From contig CAWDYU010000001.1 in NCBI GenBank assembly GCA_963806875.1, forward strand, positions 928,402-992,401: a stretch of DNA of 64,000 nt. Reading direction: 5' to 3'. Position 1 is the stretch's first letter. Every line of letters starts with the position of its first letter. Positions 60,416 through 64,000 of the stretch are shown piece after piece. Position numbers and translations under genes: made by a program. The notes under the pieces were generated by a model. It was not told the origin of the DNA. It saw only the letters and a program-made list of their open reading frames with translations, and made no database searches. Origin of the DNA: an uncultured Gemmatimonadales bacterium. GTDB taxonomy: Bacteria; Gemmatimonadota; Gemmatimonadetes; Gemmatimonadales; GWC2-71-9.

Positions 60416-62572
60416 CCTCGACTCGCTTTCACGAGCTGTACGCCGCCATCCGTCTTCACGCCCGCCGCCTGTGGGGGGAAGCTGCAGCGCGCCTGTCGGT
60501 GCGCCGCGTTGTCGTCGCGACAGCGGTGCTCGTCGGCATCGCGATGACGTTGCTGGTGGGCGAGGCGATAACCCGTGCCCGGCTCACTGCGCCTGACGGG
60601 CGGGTTCCAACGGCATTCTACGCCCGCCCGATTGCGTGGGGAGAAGTCGATGAAGCCGAGACTGGCGGGGCGGTCCCCATCGGTGAGGTGAGTGGTGGAC
60701 CCGGTGAGGAACGGCTGCCGGTGCAACTATCCGACGTGCCGCAGCACCTCATCGATGCCGTCCTCGCGGTGGAAGACCAGCGTTTCCTGGCCCACGACGG
60801 GCTCGACCTGCGGCGCATCGGCGGCGCGTTCCTCGCCAATGTGCGGGCCGGCGGGATTGCCGAGGGCGGCAGCACGATCACCCAGCAGCTCGCCAAGAAT
60901 CTCTTTCTGACAGCCGATCGCACCCCGATCCGCAAGTTGCGGGAAGCCGCAATGGCCGCCGTGCTCGAGGCACGCTATCCCAAGACGACGATTCTCGAGG
61001 CGTACCTCAACGAGATCTACCTTGGTCAGTCTCGCGGACGGGCACTGCACGGCATGGGCGTCGGCGCACGATACTACTTCGGCAAGGAGATCGGTGACCT
61101 GTCGCTGGCAGAGGCGGCGCTGCTCGCCGGAATGATTCACGCCCCGAACCGTCACGCCCCCACCCGGAATCCGGAGTCCGCGCGGCAGCGTCGCGACCTT
61201 GTCATACAGTTGATGTTGAGCCAGGGGAGGGTGACGGCGGAAGAAGCCGAGGCCGCCACGAACGCCACCGTTGCGTCTCGTTCACATCCTTCGCCCGGCC
61301 CTGATGCGCGGTTTTTTCGGGATTACGTCTCGAAGCAATTGCCGCGCGGACTGCCGCGTCGGGGCGCCAGTGTCTTCACCACCCTGGACGCCCGCTTGCA
61401 GGCTAGCCGCCGAGAGCGCAGTGCGCGACGTCATGCGCGGCAATCGCCTGCGCGGGGTCGAGGCCGCGTTGATCGCCATTGACCCACGCACCGGCGAGGT
61501 TCTCGCGATGGTGGGCGGGCGGGACTATGCCGCGTCGCAGTTCAATCGCGCGGTCGATGCACGCCGCCAGCCGGGGAGCGCATTCAAGCCGATCGTGGCG
61601 GTGGCTGCGCTCGAGCCTGATTCGAATGGCGTGTCTGCCTTCACGCTGGCCTCCCGGCTCGACGATGTTCCACTCAGTGTGCGGACCGTCGGAGGCATGT
61701 GGACGCCGTCGAACTACGACGGGAATTATCACGGGGTCGTCACCTTGCGTCGGGCGATGGAACAGTCGCTGAACGTGCCGTTCGCGCGGATCGGCCTGAC
61801 GGTGGGCGCCGATCGACTGGTGGCGGCCGCTCATCGCATGGGAATCACGAGCGACCTGGCCGCCGTGCCCAGCCTGGCGCTGGGGAGCGGTGAGGTGACG
61901 ATGCTCGAGCTGGTACGCGCCTACGGTGTGCTCGCCGCCGGCGGGCGGCTCGCACCGGTGCGCTCGGTGATGGGTGTGAGCACCACTGATCAGGTGGCGC
62001 CCGCTCCCTTCGCCGATTCCGGCGAGCAGGTTGTCGATCCTGCGGTCGCATACCTGGTCACGTCGGCGCTCGAAGGAGTCGTCACTCGTGGCACCGCGTA
62101 CGGCGTGAACACGCGCCGGTACCGCGGCGGTCTCGCCGCGAAAACCGGGACGTCGAATGACTGGCGGGATGCCTGGCTGGTCGCGTACACACCGGAACTC
62201 GTGGTCGGCGTGTGGGTGGGCCGTGATGACGCCACGTCGACACGGTTGACGGGGACGACTGGCGCGATGCCGATCGTGTCGCGGTTCCTTGCTGCTGCAT
62301 TGGTGGGGACGAGCACCCGGTTCGAGGCACCACCGGGGGTGGTGACGGCGAACGCACCGACCGGTTACGATGGCTATTTCTACGCCGATTGCGAGGCGCG
62401 GGAGATGTTCCTCGAGGGCACGGAGCCCGATGAGCAGACCTGCTTCGAGATGGAAGCAGTCGATTCGACGGAGGAGGGCGGGAACCTGGGCGACGCGATC
62501 CGGCGCGGAGCGTCAGGGCTGTTCAGGAAGATTTTCGGGGGAGGGAACAACGACGGCGAGCGCCGTCCATGA
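60412..62572 (+). pseudogene. class A penicillin-binding protein (GT51 transglycosylase plus transpeptidase), one frame break as written
   Basis: 'AVEDQRFLAHDGLD', 'GGSTITQQLAKNLF' and 'RKLREA' in frame 1. 'AALIAIDPRTGEVLAMVGG', SxxK 'GSAFKP', SxN 'SLN' and KTG 'KTGTS' in frame 2. Junction near 61401. Confidence 0.9.
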
Positions 62573-62598
62573 TGGACAGCGCCGCGCCGGTACAACGA

Positions 62599-62976
62599 TC
62601 AGTCGAGAAGGTTGCCGGGAACCGTTCCGCCATGCTCGGCGAGCTTCCGCATCACCTGCTTGTGCAACCAGATGTTCATCGCTGCGCTGTCATCCATGTC
62701 GCCGGTGTAGCCGAGCTCGCGGGCGAGTTCCTTCCGCTCGGACAAGCTGCTGTCCATCCCGACCAGCTTCATCAGGTCGACGATGGAGGTCCGCCAGTTC
62801 AACGGCTGCGATGCAGCGGCGGCGCGCTTGGCCAGGAGCGCCTCTACATCGCGCTCGGTGATCGCACTGCCGGCCGGCGGTGACGCCGACGTGTTCACCG
62901 ACGTGGAGCCGGATGACACGTCGCTGAAATCGTCCGTGCCGAAAATCTTGTCGCGCAGCTTTCCGAAGATGCTCAT
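62599..62976 (-). CDS. DUF3597-like protein
   Basis: 'MSIFGKLRDKIFG...LNWRTSIVDLMKLVGMDSSLSERKELARELGYTGD...NIWLHKQVMRKLAEHGG'. GAGG RBS before ATG 62976. Confidence 0.7.
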   Translation of the reverse strand: MSIFGKLRDKIFGTDDFSDVSSGSTSVNTSASPPAGSAITERDVEALLAKRAAAASQPLNWRTSIVDLMKLVGMDSSLSERKELARELGYTGDMDDSAAMNIWLHKQVMRKLAEHGGTVPGNLLD

Positions 62977-63089
62977 CAAAACCTCACGGTGAGGGAGAAG
63001 GGTTGCTGCCCCGGGAGACGGATTGTGCCGACCTGAACACACAGCACAGCGGCCCCTCGCCAGTCACCGCGCCACTCCGTCCGGGCCTC

Positions 63090-63872
63090 GTGGCATCGGC
63101 CTCTGGCGGGGCGGGGGAGCGCGTTCTCCTCATCCAGGGGCTCGGCGTCGCCGGGTGCGGATGGGCGCCCCAACTTGGCGCAATCCTCCCCCATTACGAG
63201 TGCGCGTGGTATGACAACCGCGGGGTAGGCAACAGCGCCCGTCCCGATCGACCGGGTATCGATCCAGTCTCTCGCCGCCGACGCCGTGCAACTCCTCGAT
63301 GCGCTGGACTGGGACCGCGTCCACGTCGTCGGGCACTCGATGGGCGGAGTCGTCGCCCAGGAACTGGCCCTGCGCAATCCCGGGCGCGTGCGATCCCTCG
63401 CACTGTTGTGCACCTTCCGACGGGGTAGTGATGTCCTCGCACCGCGTCGTGGATTGTGGCGACACGGCGTGGCAGCGCTGATCGGGCCGCCGGCAGTCCG
63501 GGCCCGGGCGTTGACGCGTATGCTCGCCAGCCCGCGCGACATCGACCGGGAGGGGATCGATGCAGTGTCGGCGCGCCTTGCCGAAGTGTTCGGCCGTCCT
63601 GTCGGTGAGCGCCCATCGGTCGCACGCTCGGCAGTTCATGGCGCTCGCGGCGCACGCCGGTTCCGACTTGTCACCGCTGCATCGGCACGCCGTCGCTCGT
63701 GATCAGCGGAGCAGACGACCCGCTCGCGCCGAGCGCTGGCGGGACGCATCTCGCGACCGCAATCGCGGCCCGGGAACACGTCATCATTCCGCACGCCTCA
63801 CACGCCCTGCCCATTCTCCAGCACGAACGAGTCAACGCGCTCCTGCTTCGCCATCTCGGTGAGTCGAGCTGA
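63090..63872 (+). pseudogene. alpha/beta-fold hydrolase, about 3 frame breaks as written
   Basis: 'VLLIQGLGVAGCGW...YDNRGVGNS' in frame 0. Nucleophile elbow 'HVVGHSMGGVVAQELA' in frame 1. 'IGTPSLVISGADDPLAP...IPHASHALPILQHERV' in frame 0. Junctions near 63260, 63630 and 63680. The start is tentative. Confidence 0.7.
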
Positions 63873-63974
63873 AGTTTTCCCCGGCGTGCATGCGACCGAT
63901 GGTGAGGCGTCACCGGGGTAGCTCATGGTTACGAGCGTGCAGTATCAACATCGTTTTCAATTCTGGAGGCACTG

Positions 63975-64000
63975 ATGGCTGACAATACTCGCGGGAACGA
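63975..64000 (+). CDS. 5' end of an unidentified CDS running off the window
   Basis: GGAGG at 63965-63969, 5 nt before ATG 63975 (MADNTRGN...). Only 8 codons are visible. Confidence 0.25.

Overview
A 64-kb stretch of visibly GC-rich bacterial chromosome holding about 60 protein-coding genes. I found no rRNA, tRNA, CRISPR array or recognisable mobile element.

**Gene layout**
- nt 1-22,084 is one co-directional, tightly packed and often start/stop-overlapping housekeeping string: CMD-family gene, obg, dprA, hemW, hrcA, dnaJ, prmA, rsmE, HIT, rpsU, yqeY, mutS2, dnaG, a zinc-ribbon gene, recJ, rsmD, coaD, pta, an RsbV/RsbW/RsbU-like partner-switching module, rsmA, a flavoprotein and a nitroreductase.
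- The rest is mixed-orientation metabolic and envelope content:
  - egtB-egtD (ergothioneine)
  - a TMEM175-type K+ channel and a nitrilase
  - a HAD-GT20 fusion (compatible-solute-type synthase)
  - DUF2254, a NhaP antiporter and a Gfo/Idh/MocA oxidoreductase
  - a TPR/HD-GYP pair
  - a peptide-type ABC importer, glutamate dehydrogenase and UPF0182
  - a large P-loop ATPase coupled to two MscS-family channels
  - gnd-zwf and pgl
  - a third MscS, a Kv-type channel and crcB
  - a class A PBP, DUF3597 and an alpha/beta hydrolase

**Dominant oddity: frame breaks**
- More than 60 frame-breaking junctions interrupt about 20 otherwise well-conserved genes.
- They are strongly clustered, and most behave like single-base insertions (downstream frame = upstream frame +1).
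- Long neighbouring ORFs are intact.
- I cannot tell from sequence alone whether these are consensus indel errors (my leaning) or real pseudogenes. I list such genes as 'pseudogene' with the full inferred span.

**Candidates for a second look**
- The coupled ATPase-MscS-MscS operon.
- A TPR-HD-GYP gene followed by a stand-alone paralogue of its sensor half.
- Two short tandem-repeat arrays (7-mer and 8-mer) that place stop codons in every forward frame.
- A repeat-bearing, lower-GC divergent intergenic region.

All family assignments come from motif recognition by eye. No database search was run.
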